Assembly: GCA_964035575.1 (NCBI GenBank)
Contig: OZ037842.1
Location: 1,240,001 to 1,304,000 of the forward strand
DNA: 64,000 nt
DNA from: Rhynchopus sp. YZ270_cl-10
Lineage: Eukaryota
Direction: 5' to 3'
Part shown: positions 13,178 through 25,122 of the stretch, piece after piece
How positions within the stretch are numbered: the stretch's first letter is position 1
How the letters are laid out: every line of letters begins with the position of its first letter
The notes under the pieces: generated by a model
What the model saw: only the letters and a program-made list of their open reading frames with translations
The model's database searches: none
What the model was told of the DNA's origin: nothing
Program-made: the position numbers and the translations under genes

Positions 13178-13842
13178 CCCCCCCCTCCCCCCCTCCCCCC
13201 CCTCCCCCCCTCCCCCCCTCCCCCCCTCCCCCCCTCCCCCCCCTCCCCCCCTCCCCCCCTCCCCCCCTCCCCCCCTCCCCCCCTCCCCCCCTCCCCCCCT
13301 CCCCCCCTCCCCCCCTCCCCCCCTCCCCCCCTCCCCCCCTCCCCCCCTCCCCCCCTCCCCCCCTCCCCCCCTCCCCCCCTCCCCCCCTCCCCCCCTCCCC
13401 CCCTCCCCCCCTCCCCCCCCCCCCCCTCCCCCCCTCCCCCCCTCCCCCCCTCCCCCCCTCCCCCCCTCCCCCCCTCCCCCCCTCCCCCCCTCCCCCCCCC
13501 CCCCCTCCCCCCTCCCCCCCTCCCCCCCTCCCCCCCCCCCCCCTCCCCCCCTCCCCCCCTCCCCCCCTCCCCCCCTCCCCCCCTCCCCCCCTCCCCCCCT
13601 CCCCCCCTCCCCCCCTCCCCCCCTCCCCCCCTCCCCCCCCCCCCCCTCCCCCCCTCCCCCCCTCCCCCCCTCCCCCCCTCCCCCCCTCCCCCCCCCCCCC
13701 CTCCCCCCCTCCCCCCCTCCCCCCCCCCCCCCTCCCCCCCTCCCCCCCTCCCCCCCTCCCCCCCTCCCCCCTCCCCCCCTCCCCCCCTCCCCCCCCCCCC
13801 CCCTCCCCCCCTCCCCCCCTCCCCCCCTCCCCCCCTCCCCCC
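13178..13842. repeat. ~665-bp pure C/T tract, mostly (C7T)n; G-quadruplex-prone on the - strand
   Basis: Directly visible; contains only C and T. Confidence 0.95.
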
Positions 13843-14107
13843 TTCTCCTGATCTTATTTCCCTCTTCCAGCTTCCAAATTTTGTTGCAACACTTTACCTA
13901 TTGGCGTTTACAATATAACTTTAAAAATAACATAAAAAAAAGATAAGAAAAGCGACGAAAATAAAAACAAAGACTCGGGACGGGGAGGGGGGTTACGGGC
14001 TTAATTTTAAAAAAAACTACGAATAAACAAAAGAGAACGCACATTTTTTTCCCTCCTTATCATCATTTTTTCTGTATTTTTTACCCCAACACTCAGAAGC
14101 CTCTGAC

Positions 14108-15783
14108 ATGATGAAAACGTGTGTTCCCTTGGCGGTGCTGCTGAGCTCGGCAGTCGCTCTTGATGTGCTTCCCCCACGCTCGAGGGGAGGCAAGCTTGCA
14201 GACTTGGTGCCGTCTTGGAAGGAAGATGTGAGCAGCGCCAAGCTCTACACCTACGAGGCACCGCTCGACCACTTCAAGTCAACGGGGAAGACGATCCCTG
14301 TGCGCTATTGGGTTGACGAGACCTGCTTCAGCAGCGAAGCCGACCGCGCAGTCTTCGTGCACATGGGAGGTGAGGGCGCCGCCCGTGGCAGCTCCTGCTC
14401 CACATCCTCGAAGAAGCACAACGCCGCAGTCCTCTCTGTCGAGCACCGCTTCTACGGAGAATCCCTCCCCAAGGTGGACGAGCCCCTCAGCAAGGAGTAC
14501 CTGGAGTACCTCAGCGTGGAGCAGAACCTGGCCGACACCCACGCGATCCTGGACATTTGGAAGAAGAAGCTGAACGCGACGAAGGCTGTCGCCTTTGGAG
14601 GTTCGTACTCGGGTGCAACGTGCTCCTGGTTCAAGCAGAAGTACCCCGACTCCATCAACGGATGTGTCTCCCAGAGCGGAGTCATCGACACCGTCTTCGA
14701 CTTCACTGGGTTCGACACCCGCACCTTCCTTGCCCTCAGCAGCCCTGACCCGTCATGCGCAAAGCTCCTGAACGAGTCGACCCTTGCCCTGGAGAGACGC
14801 TTTGCGGCAGGAAAGGGTGCAGAGACGAAGCAGTACTTCAACGCAGGCAACCTCATTGGTACGCGCCTCGGTGACTCAGACTTCTTCTACGCGATCATCG
14901 ACGCGCTTGCGCAGTTGGACCAGTACGGACAGAAGAAGGTCCTCTGCGATGGGTTTGCAAAGCTCCCCGCAAACCCCACCGACGACGACCGCATCAAGAA
15001 CACCAGAGACATCATCGAGGACTACTACGGCAAGAACTTCGTGAACGGCTGCTTCTACGACTCGGAGTGTCTCATCAAGACTGTCTCCGCCAGCGGCAGC
15101 GGCGGTGTCGGTGAGAAGCAGTGGCGCTGGCAGAAGTGCACCCAGTGTGCCTTCCTCCAGTCCGCCCCCGCCACGAACTCCGTGCGCTCCACGAAGTACC
15201 TCACACTGCCGATGCTCGTTGAGCAGTGCGCATACGTGTTCGACTTCACCGCACAGGAGGTGCACAACATGAACGCGCACTTCACAGCGGAGTACTACCA
15301 CAAGACGGAGAAGGAGACCACCAACGTCTTCTACATCAACTACTCCGACGATCCGTGGAGGGTATGTGGGGTTTTTTTTGGGGGGGGTTTTTTTTTCACC
15401 ACTGCCCACTTCCGCCAGCGTCTGGTAAAGGCGTTTGCAAGCCTGGTGTAAATATTTCTGTGGGGAGGATAGTGAGAGAGATCAGCTCTGCATCCGTCGC
15501 AGTAGATGCATTAACAGCGTACCATTTGTCTGCGTTGCTTTGTCCACACCGCACTACACTAAAGGGCCATATTCTGCGCAAGAATTACCCTCACTAGGCA
15601 TCAACCACTACACTACACCACAACACAACACAGGAGGCCTCCCCCAGCGCCGACCTCAGCGCAACCCTGAAGACCTGCATGGTCACCTGCGACGGCTGTG
15701 GACACTGTGGTGCAGGTGCCGGTGTCCACGCGGAGAAGTGCGACAACGCTGCAGACGTGGAGATCACAGCGTGGCTGAAGTGA
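14108..15783 (+). CDS. Secreted/lysosomal serine carboxypeptidase, family S28; exons 14108-15361, 15634-15783
   Basis: Signal peptide, APLDHF, MGGEG, VEHRFYGES, nucleophile motif GGSYSG, WRWQKCT, DDPW, and exon-2 GHC supplying the probable catalytic His. Confidence 0.92.
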
Positions 15784-16569
15784 GGTGACAACGTCACAAC
15801 ATTAACCAATAGTCACCAGACCCACCCGTGAGAGAGAGAGAGAGAGAGATTCCTCTGCTGTGTAAAAAAAAGTGTGCAACCTTACAGAGAAAAAAAAAAG
15901 ACAAGAAAGTGACGTGCACAATGTGGCAGCCATTCTTCCAACACTTTTTTTTTTTTTAATACTGTGACTCATACGGTGTTCATTTTTTTGTTTGTTGTGT
16001 TCTATTGTAAGGGGACATCTTCGTGTGATTATTTATTTATTTTTCGTGTTCCGAGTGTTCGGGCTATGGTATTGATATCTTATCATAATTTTTGTTAGAT
16101 GTCTGGAGAAGGGAAATCACGAACGCCGTTTCGTCAATCCCCTGCCCCCCCTCCCATACCCTCAATTTTTTTTGTTTCAAACCAAGTATATTTTACTAAC
16201 GTTTACGTGCAACCCACATATTTATAAAAACAAAAAAAAACAAAAACGAACTACGTCTACCTTCAGTAGTACAAAAAAAAGGCTTTGGCCAGCATTGAGT
16301 GCATACCCTAGCCCCACCCAAGGTGGGACTTAGACAAAATTTGTCGACACAAACAAAACGCGCCCCCTCTCATATTTTTCTCTTTCCACCTTCCCCTCTT
16401 GGGTCTTTGGGAAACGTTTTTCCCCCAACCCCGCGGAGAATCAGTTGTCTACGTCGGTGTTTGTACTTTCAACTTCTCTTTTTTTTTTCTCATTTTATGA
16501 ATCTAATCATTTTATAAGACCTACTCTCCACCTTCGATTTTCCCAACAGAGAACACACCAATCTCCCCT

Positions 16570-19173
16570 ATGGAAACGATAAGCGAAGGTTCGTTCCACC
16601 CAGGCGCGTATCTCGATGCCGGGGCGGAGGAGGATCTGAGCTGCACCGACGAGGTTGAGCTGCACATGCCACAGCACACCCCACACCGCGTAGAGAACTG
16701 GCTTCTCGACACCGGGGTGGGATACAAAGAGCACCTCGACCGCCTCAAATCGGAGAAGATCCTTGCGGAGTTGGGGACCATCCGCGACAAACCGGAGATC
16801 ACAGAATATGCCAAGACGTTGACTCGGGGAGGGGTTCCTGTTGAGGTGCGGCTGAACAAATTACACAATAAGCATGAAGCACAGAAGGAAACACCTAGCA
16901 AAGAGGAGACCTTCCGTCCTTCAATTAACCAAAGCCATTCGCATATTCGGGGTCGTGCTCAAGGTGGTGAATGGCAGGCGGAAGCAGAACGCAAGGTGGA
17001 ACAACGCAGACGGAGGCAAGAGGAGTTGGATCAAATGGAGGTGCACGCATCACCACAGATCAACACCGCGACACCCTATGCAGGGAGCGTTCACAGCCGC
17101 ACCAACGGCACATCACTGCACACCTACCTTCATTCTTCTGACCACAGAAAGCGTGAAGAGCTCTACGATAAACACGAACTCCGTTCCCGCGAGGGTCTCA
17201 GAAATACCCCAGAGATAACACCCTATGCGCAAAAACAGCCACGTGAGGAGGATGTTGTGAAACGGCTCTATCGGTCCCCTTCTCCAGAGGTGAAGAAACG
17301 GAGGGATGCGATTGCGAAGAAGAATGCGTCCTCTTCGCGGTCGCGAACCCGGAGTGTTCCGACCGAGCGTGGTGCCGCTCGATCCACAGGAAAGACGCAA
17401 GCACTGCACACACCATCTCCATCTCCTCCAGCGAACCTCCCTTTAGGAAAGGTAGGCGCGACCACACCCCTCGCACCGCTTCCCACTACTCTACAGAGCG
17501 CACCCATCCCCACTGTACCAGGCCTGCCTGATGCAGGAGGCAGCTGGATGGGGTTGCAACAATACTGCGAGGCCGCATTGCTAGACGAAAAGGAGACAAA
17601 GGCGATGACCACATCGGAGTTGGTGACCCCACAGAAGAGCGCAGAGACAGGGTTGAAGGAGATAAATCGCAATGCAGTGAGACGCCTGCCACAGCGAGTA
17701 GAGGACAAACTCCTTGCAGAAGGGGCCGCACAAAGAAAGCGCCGTGAGGCTAGCGAGAGGAAGCGGCAGAAAGGGATTGACATCGCAGCTTCGCAGAGCC
17801 ACTATACCGGAGCGTCGAAGGGGCTGATGGCAGCGCATTCACAGTCGTTTGGTGACACCTCTAGTGTAGGTACCCCACACCATGGCCCCGATCTTAGCGC
17901 CATCCACATAGCACGTCCTTCACACCGTAGCTGTTCTGCTTCCCGTAGAAGTTGTTCTGCATCGTCGCAGGATAAAAAAAAGCCAGGTTTTCATACCGAT
18001 TTGCGTTCGTCGTCTCGCATTGCGTATCAGGAGGCTTATAAGGAGCATCTCAAGGCGCAAGAGGAGGAGGAGGAGCAAATGAAGAGGAGGGTGGTGAGGA
18101 TGGAGGACAGTGCGTTTAATAAGACGACGCGGGAGCGGCTCTTCGAGAAGGAGCGGCGGAAGGAGGCGGGGCTGCAGAAGCTGCGGGAGGAGCAGATGGC
18201 GGGGGAGATGGAGGAGTGTCATTTTGATGTCGCCGCGACGTTGCGGCGGTTTCGTGGGCAGGAGGAGGAGGAGGCGGCACCTCCACACCCACAACCACAG
18301 CTTCCACAACGCACCTTACAATGGGTATCACGCAGAGAATCGCGCCTCGCAGACATGAAACGTACAAGCGACGAAGATCATCTCCAGCAATGCACCTTCC
18401 TCCCCTACACCAACCGATCCGTACCGCAAACTGACGTCAAAACCACAGCCCTGTACGGCTACAACGACTTTGTTAAAAGAATGCGCACAGCAAAGAAAAA
18501 CCGTGCAGATGAAGAGGTCCGGAAAGCGTCCGTCTTCCGCCCTTCAAACCGCTGGACCGGGAGGTCAACTGTACCAGTAGAGCCTCCACTGCAGACATCT
18601 CAACCGAGGAAACGGTCTTCTTCGATTCCTTCATTGGCTAGACCGGTTGATCCACCTGCATCGTTTACTGTGCAGTCTGCAGAGAGGAGGCTACGCAGTG
18701 CCTCTGTACGGCGTGGCAGTGGCAGTGGCAGAGATAGAAATGCTGCAGAGGAGTACGCCCGCCGCCTGCAAGAGTACTATGCGTCCCCCGAGTATTCGCA
18801 GTGGTGGCACACCTCGCAAGCCTTCTACTCAGACTCCGCAAGCAGGGGGCCAAGCACGATGACCGGGAGGAGTGGGAGTGGAGGTACTGTAGGGGGGTAT
18901 GATGGAGGGTGGGGAGGAGGAGGAGGAGCGGGTAGAGGAGGTAGTCGTGAGCGTGATGGTCGGAGTCCCAGTGGAGAGCTGCAGATTGAGGACATCTGTG
19001 ACGAGCAGTTTCTCAATGAGTTTAGCCATGTGGGGGGTGGTGGTGGTGGGGGTGGTGGTGGTGGTGGTCCAGGAGGAAGAAGCCACCCCCATTCCTATAA
19101 TATCCCCGGTGGCGGGCAAGTGCCGCTCCCGCCCCAGCCCAGTATCCAGAGGCAAAGAGAGGTGATGGCATAA
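16570..19173 (+). CDS. Hypothetical 867-aa protein with recurrent TFxPxI-like motifs; possibly cytoskeletal/flagellar
   Basis: Long intronless ORF with motifs TFRPSIN, SPQINT, TPEITP, CTFLPYTN, charged helices and a Gly-rich tail. Function is inferred only. Confidence 0.7.
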   Translation: METISEGSFHPGAYLDAGAEEDLSCTDEVELHMPQHTPHRVENWLLDTGVGYKEHLDRLKSEKILAELGTIRDKPEITEYAKTLTRGGVPVEVRLNKLHNKHEAQKETPSKEETFRPSINQSHSHIRGRAQGGEWQAEAERKVEQRRRRQEELDQMEVHASPQINTATPYAGSVHSRTNGTSLHTYLHSSDHRKREELYDKHELRSREGLRNTPEITPYAQKQPREEDVVKRLYRSPSPEVKKRRDAIAKKNASSSRSRTRSVPTERGAARSTGKTQALHTPSPSPPANLPLGKVGATTPLAPLPTTLQSAPIPTVPGLPDAGGSWMGLQQYCEAALLDEKETKAMTTSELVTPQKSAETGLKEINRNAVRRLPQRVEDKLLAEGAAQRKRREASERKRQKGIDIAASQSHYTGASKGLMAAHSQSFGDTSSVGTPHHGPDLSAIHIARPSHRSCSASRRSCSASSQDKKKPGFHTDLRSSSRIAYQEAYKEHLKAQEEEEEQMKRRVVRMEDSAFNKTTRERLFEKERRKEAGLQKLREEQMAGEMEECHFDVAATLRRFRGQEEEEAAPPHPQPQLPQRTLQWVSRRESRLADMKRTSDEDHLQQCTFLPYTNRSVPQTDVKTTALYGYNDFVKRMRTAKKNRADEEVRKASVFRPSNRWTGRSTVPVEPPLQTSQPRKRSSSIPSLARPVDPPASFTVQSAERRLRSASVRRGSGSGRDRNAAEEYARRLQEYYASPEYSQWWHTSQAFYSDSASRGPSTMTGRSGSGGTVGGYDGGWGGGGGAGRGGSRERDGRSPSGELQIEDICDEQFLNEFSHVGGGGGGGGGGGGPGGRSHPHSYNIPGGGQVPLPPQPSIQRQREVMA

Positions 19174-19917
19174 ATGGGATTTTATTCTGAAAAAAGCTTA
19201 GTTATGGGGAGATCCGAGTTGCCCATGCCACTATGTTCACAAAAAACCAAAATCAAAATCACATCTTTTTAGGTATCTTCATTGGTACACTGTCACGAGA
19301 GGGCTTTGTATTTGAAGTCAACTTCATTTAGGTGAGTTTTTTTAGCTTCTTTTTAGCCCCAGATATTTTTTTTTCTATAGGAAGAAACTTGAGGGTGTGG
19401 TGTTTTTGCGATTCAGATTTTAGGGGGGGAATGGTGTGTCTTACTGGGCTTTCCTAGCCCAATATTTTATTGGGGGTTGTGACGACTTCTGTTTTTTTTT
19501 TTTTTTGTAGAAGGTTGGGTACGAAGCAAGCCAACAACATGCCCGCATAGCTGTAGCTGACTGCGGCAGTTGCTGTTTTAAACTGAGTTTCTTTTTGTTC
19601 AAAAGCCATTGGCATTAGAAAAAAAGGATGTAGATTACTAATAGTAATCGCCTGCCTGAGGTTTTTGGTTGCGGTTGTGTAGAACATTTTGTCTGTAAAG
19701 ATATGTGCACAAGAGGCATTTTCAACTTACAGGGTTTCTTCCTTTTGTTTTCCGTTTAGAAACGATAGAAGATTATTAGAAATAGATACTAGAGAAAAAG
19801 AAAGCAACATTTCCCCCCCTTTTTTTGTAATATTTTGAGGAAAACATTTTTCGTATCAAATTCCAACACATCGTCCCAGCGTCCCCTCCACACACACACA
19901 CCCGCTTTACACTATAA

Positions 19918-21397
19918 ATGGGACTACAACCTAACCACATCCAGCTTCTCTCCCCGTTGTCTTTTGCCATTGGTGCTACGATTTTTGCGATATCATGGAC
20001 AGCAGGGCTTTCAGAGTATGATGCGTTTGTGTTTTATTTTTTCTTTTTTTTGCGACCAGTCTTTTTCCACCTTTGCACAACATATTCCTTGTTCAGCCCT
20101 TCGCACCCACCTGGGGTGCTCCGTAATTTCTTTTATAATAGTCCTGAGGTATTCAACGTTGAAAGAGGACACAACCGTGTTCAGCAACTTCGTCATATGA
20201 TTCGTCTTTTGTGCGTCCCTCTCCCGGATTCATCATGATCTTCCCCACTAGAGTTACCACTTTCCCCTTGGGTTCCCTTCTTTTAAGGGCAGCTCCGTGG
20301 CGCTCTCGCGCCGCCACCTCCTCGTTAACGAGCACGCGGGATGTCCTGCAATCAGCGGTAAGCGGGGGAATACGCAGAATCACGATTTTTTACGGGGATC
20401 ATTTTGTCAAATACTACGACTACTAAAAAAAATTTACTGGAAAAAATAAGAATGATCATTCCTAAAAATCCTCCTCATCATCATCGTCATAGTCCAACAA
20501 CTCACTTGGGATGATGATTTCTTCTGGAAGTGGGATGGTGTCCAAACTACCGTTGCGGTAATTCTGACACCAGAGGTTCTCCCTTGTGAGGAGTGCCAAA
20601 CCTGGCTAGGTTGTTGAGTCCTAGCTGTCCGGCTGACCTCGACCAGACCGTTGTGGCCGGCCATCTTCGCATCTCCGTTTTCACTGCCACCTTCACCTTC
20701 TTTGTGTGCGAGACAAGCACCACCTTACTCTGCTGCTCACTTCACACAGTACTCAAAAACCGAGTTTTCCCTTTATTTGGACACTCTCGTTTCTGATCCA
20801 CATTTTTGACTCACTCAAACAACCTGCACCTCTTCGACCACAGACGCCCGATGAGCAGTGAACAATGCGTCCACATTGCTGCCATCACACTGTCAGTCCC
20901 GCTGATCGGGCTCATGATGGCGCTGGAGCTGAAGATACAGTCTGCGACACAAACAATTCTGCAGGGGGTATGCCATTCCACCCTCTTACACCTCTTACAC
21001 CCCTTTCTCGCTTATCAACATTTTTCGGCCATATTCCAATCATTTGCACCCTAACTTTCCACCCTCACCACAGTTGATGCTGGGCACACTCCTGACCATG
21101 GGCTGCTACGGAAGCACGGTAGGGGTGAACCAATACTACTCACAGATCTGCCACTACGAGGAGACGCTTGACAAGGGGACCCACAACGCTACGTCAGAGC
21201 CCTGTGCCGTCTCGGAGATGCGTGTTCAGTACCTAGGGGCGTGCATTGCCCTCGCAATCCTTCTGGGATATGTGGTGAGAATACAGCATCTGCGCGTTTC
21301 CTTAGAGAATTCTACCGACACGCACGTAATAATGCATGAGGACTTCACCCCGCTTGAAGTCGTCTCACAATTGAACAGTCAACAAACAGTTGAATAA
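19918..21397 (+). CDS. Putative multi-exon multi-pass membrane protein; last two exons (~20844-20967, 21074-21397) are clear, 5' exons unresolved
   Basis: Hydrophobic segments in several short ORFs. GTATG donors near 20016 and at 20968 and CACAG acceptors; the last two exons join in frame (...TILQG|LMLGTLL...). Confidence 0.4.
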
Positions 21398-21801
21398 TTG
21401 TCAAGAAAAATGATGTCATAAGGCGGTTGGCCTATTCGATGTTCTGTAGAACTGCTATTTGAGCTAGCGTTTTTTTGTACGGACCGTACTGCATATTGCT
21501 CAGACATAAATAGATGGGGAGAAGGGGGGGCAAAGGGGTGTCTCTGTGCTATTCTGTTTTCCTGTTGCGCTCTGGGGGAGGGTGAAGTGAGTAGTAGCCC
21601 ACCCCCGTAGCAATGCCTCCCCTCTGCTTCTCACCCCTTCATTCGCTTTCCTCTTTGTGTTCCGGAGAAAGAAGTTGTGTGGCTGGCTATTTTATTGAAA
21701 TTCTCTCTCTCTCTCTCTCCCCCCACTCTCCCCCTCATCACTCACTTTCAGGGGGGAAAACCGAGAAAGTTTACGGAGAAAAAAAAGAGAGAAATATAAC
21801 A

Positions 21802-24800
21802 ATGTCACAGGCGGTGACACATGTGGAGCGTGTCGGAGGTGGGTACAGCTATGGTGTGGACACCTCTGGCAGCCCGAGAAGGCCGAAGCCCGTTGCGCCG
21901 AAGGGAGCCGTGTCGTGCGTGGTGAAGGAGTTTGACGCACCCGGTGTGCGTGCCGTGGAGGTGCTCCAGGGTGGTGCCACGATCTGGACTGCTGAGGAGG
22001 ACGGCAGCATCAAGCTCCGCAACGGGTTCACAGGAGAGGTGGCACACACCGTCCCTGCCAAGGGTGCAGGTCTTGTTGAGCGTCTGTACGCCTCCCAGGA
22101 CCTCATGTGGGTTGGTCTCAACGACGGAGGTGTCCGTGTGTACGACCATCTTGTCGTCGAGAACGACTGGCCCTCAGAGTCCGAGCCCGAGAAGCCGCAC
22201 ACAGGCCCCGTCCGTTTCTTCTGCCCCCTCTACGACGACAGCATGCTGTCGGGTTCCACTGATGGTCTCATCATCAAGTGGGCCGGCTCCGATGCGGATG
22301 AGGATGTGTCGCCCTACACCCACGTCTGCAAGTCGTCCGTGTCGACGTCGCTGACCGCCCTCGAAGCCTACAGCACCTTCGTCTTCGCAGGTGACCTGCA
22401 AGGATTCATCTACGTGCTCGACAGCGACACCCTCGAAGTGCTCCGCTCCTTCGAGGCACACCCCAGCGCCACCGTCACCTGCCTCAAGTACATGGACGGC
22501 ATCCTCTTCAGCGGAGGGTCCGACGGTTTCATCCACGCCTGGGCCCAGGTCACCCACCGCGAGCCCGACAGGACCGTCATCGGAGACGAGACCTGGCATG
22601 ACTGTGCGATCCGCAAGCTTGTCGGCGACCCCCGTTCCCACCAGATGTGGAGTGTCGACGAGTCTGGACGTATCCAGAAGTGGGAGTCGACTGCGCCGTT
22701 CGGAACGTATGTCTTTGTTCAACTCTTTTGGGGGGTTTGACAACATTGGTACAAGATTAACTTTGTTTTTGATACTTTTGGGTGGGAAAACTTTACTGAA
22801 AGCTTTGCTCATGTTTACCCTTTGCAATGACACAACACAACAGCCGCAACTCCGGAGGAGAGGAGGGTGAGCCCACGCCGCTTGAGTGCGGACCCTTCCA
22901 CGACCTCACCACCTTCTCGTCATGGGATGCCGTGCGTGTGTGGTCCACTGGATCCAACGGAGCCAACTTCTCGTGGTTCGCGCAGTGGAGCCGTGCCGAG
23001 GAGCAGATGCAGGAGGCCATCGAGTCGATGAACATCATGATCAAGACTGACCAGACGCGTCTCACCACATGGCAGCAGCACATCAACAGGGTATGCATTC
23101 CACGCCTTACATCCCCACACCTCACACCACCCCTCACAGATCAGCGAGATCGACGCACGCAGGAAGCGCAACCTTGCGCACGCCATGGCAGCAAACACCA
23201 GCAAGGGACTGTTGTTCATCTACATGCGCAAGTGGGCGTCGTGGCTGAAGAAGATGCAGGAGATCAAGCGCCGTATGTCTGTCGCGCAGTGCCTTGAGCG
23301 CACCACTGACTCTGGCATCCGCCGTGCGTACTACGACAAGCTGTTCCGCTACAACCGCATCAGCAAGCAGCAGCGCCAAAAGAACGCGATGCTTGAGAAC
23401 ATCCTGTGCACCACGGAGCGTGGTCTTCGCCGCACGTACTGGAAGAAGATCACCCTGTACCGCACGAAGAAGAAGCGTGAGCAGCACCGTCAGGACCTTG
23501 CCGACGCGCTCGTCTCGCAGTCTGACACATACATCCGCAGGGTGTACTACCGTAAGTTCCTCAAGTTCACCGACCGCGCCAAGCTCAGCAAGAAGCGCCA
23601 GCAGGTTGCCGAGGCACTGCTCCGTGCTGCCGACACCACCCTGCAGCGTGTGTACTTCTTCAAGCTCCTCAAGTACCGTCAGTGGGCCAAGCGCCAGGCA
23701 ACACGCCAAAAGCTTGCGGACGCGATGCTGAACACCAACAACCGTGGCATGCAGCGCATCTACTACCTCAAGTTCTGGAAGTGGGGACAGGGGCTCAAGG
23801 CAAAGGAGCACAGCAAGCAGATCTCCAACATGCTTAAGCGCAACGCCGAGCGCAACCTGCTTGCCCTGTACCAGCAGAAGTGCGATGACTGGCTGGCCAA
23901 GCACACGATTGAGACAAAGCAGACTGAGGTCAAGGACAAGACTGAGAAGTACGCGGACCTGCAGGTGCAGGAGGAGGCTGAGCGTGAGCGCATGAAGCGC
24001 ATTGAGGCGCTTGAGCAGATGCGCAGCAAGAGAGATGACCTCAAGAAGAAGCGCGACGCACTCAAGGAGAAGCTCGCCGCCAACAAGGAGGAGAACGAGG
24101 AGCTCAAGAAGCGCATCCTGCAGAAGGCTGCACAGGAGGAGATCAACAAGGCGACCCGCGAGAAGCTGAACGACTGCATGGCAAGACTGAAGGAGATTGC
24201 CCTCAACTTCGACTCCGACCACCAGCACATCATCACCACCACCGACAAATGTATGCATTTTTCACTTTAGGCCACTTTTCGGTTCCGACACACTTTTAAG
24301 TAACCAAGACACAACTTTTTTATTGTTGAATGACCCAGCGGGGTGAAATTTTCTTTGCATCGGATCACAACACAACATTCTACAGGCAAGTCCATCCCCG
24401 TTCACAAGGTCTTCTTGCAGGCACACATGGAGGTTAAGCGTGTTGTCATCCAGACCCTGAAGAAGGAGGTATGCAAAAAAGCAATGTGTTCTGTCACCCA
24501 CCACGCCACTCACAGCTTGAGGAGGGAGAGGAGTGGCCGCTGCACGGAAAGTTCAAGAAGATCGAGAAGTTCATGTACAGCACCATCTGGAAGGCGATCA
24601 AGGTATGTTCCCAAACGCAAACAGCCTTTTCCACCATACTCAGTATTTGAGGACCTGCATCGTGCAGTATACTGCTTTCTAAAGGGTTTGTTGACACAAA
24701 ACATAACACCCCCAACAGACTCTCGTGATCACCTTCGACATCATGACGCTCGTGGACCTTGCAAACCTTGACACCGATGACGAAATTGTCGCAAACGCAG

Positions 24801-25122
24801 AGAACCTGATGCGCCTGTACCTCAACTCTGCACGTTCCAAGGTATGCATCGAGGAGCTACACAAAGACTGTTCTTTGATTTCACGCAGCTGATGCTGCGC
24901 GATTACGAATGGGATCAAGGTGACTAAGCACAGAGAGGCTTAGGATCATCTTATAATTTTTTCTTTTTTTTTGGGGGTGATATTTGAGTACAGAACCCTC
25001 CTGGTGGGGTGGTTGTCGATAACAACTTACAAGTCAATAACAACAAAGCTTACCTTTACTAAACCCAACCACAGAACCGTCAGTCGATTGTTGAGTACAA
25101 GGAAGGTGACGCTGCACTCTAA
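21802..25122 (+). CDS. WD40 beta-propeller + 36-aa helical repeats + coiled coil; exons 21802-22706, 22844-23090, 23140-24250, 24386-24468, 24516-24602, 24719-24841, 25075-25122
   Basis: WD-type blades (LSGSTDGLIIKW, FSGGSDGFIHAW). Six GTATG..ACAG introns join in phase to a single stop. Confidence 0.85.
24878..24951 (+). repeat. Long (two-hairpin) family A copy in the last intron of the WD40 gene
   Basis: ATTTCACGCAGCTGATGCTGCGCGAT...TGACTAAGCACAGAGAGGCTTAGG(A)TCATCT, nearly identical to 40566-40644. Confidence 0.85.

Noticed and set aside
13115..13946. Poly-Pro extensin-like ORFs
   Set aside because: These are translations of the C7T tract; several frames are open only because the tract lacks stop codons.
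23134..24258. 374-aa minus-strand ORF, and similar antisense ORFs over RPB2, ArgRS and PSMB7
   Set aside because: Shadows caused by GC3-biased codons on the + strand.
24889..24910. Hammerhead ribozyme suggested by CTGATG...GAA
   Set aside because: The core reads CTGATGC rather than CUGANGA, it sits within its own hairpin, and no three-way junction could be built.
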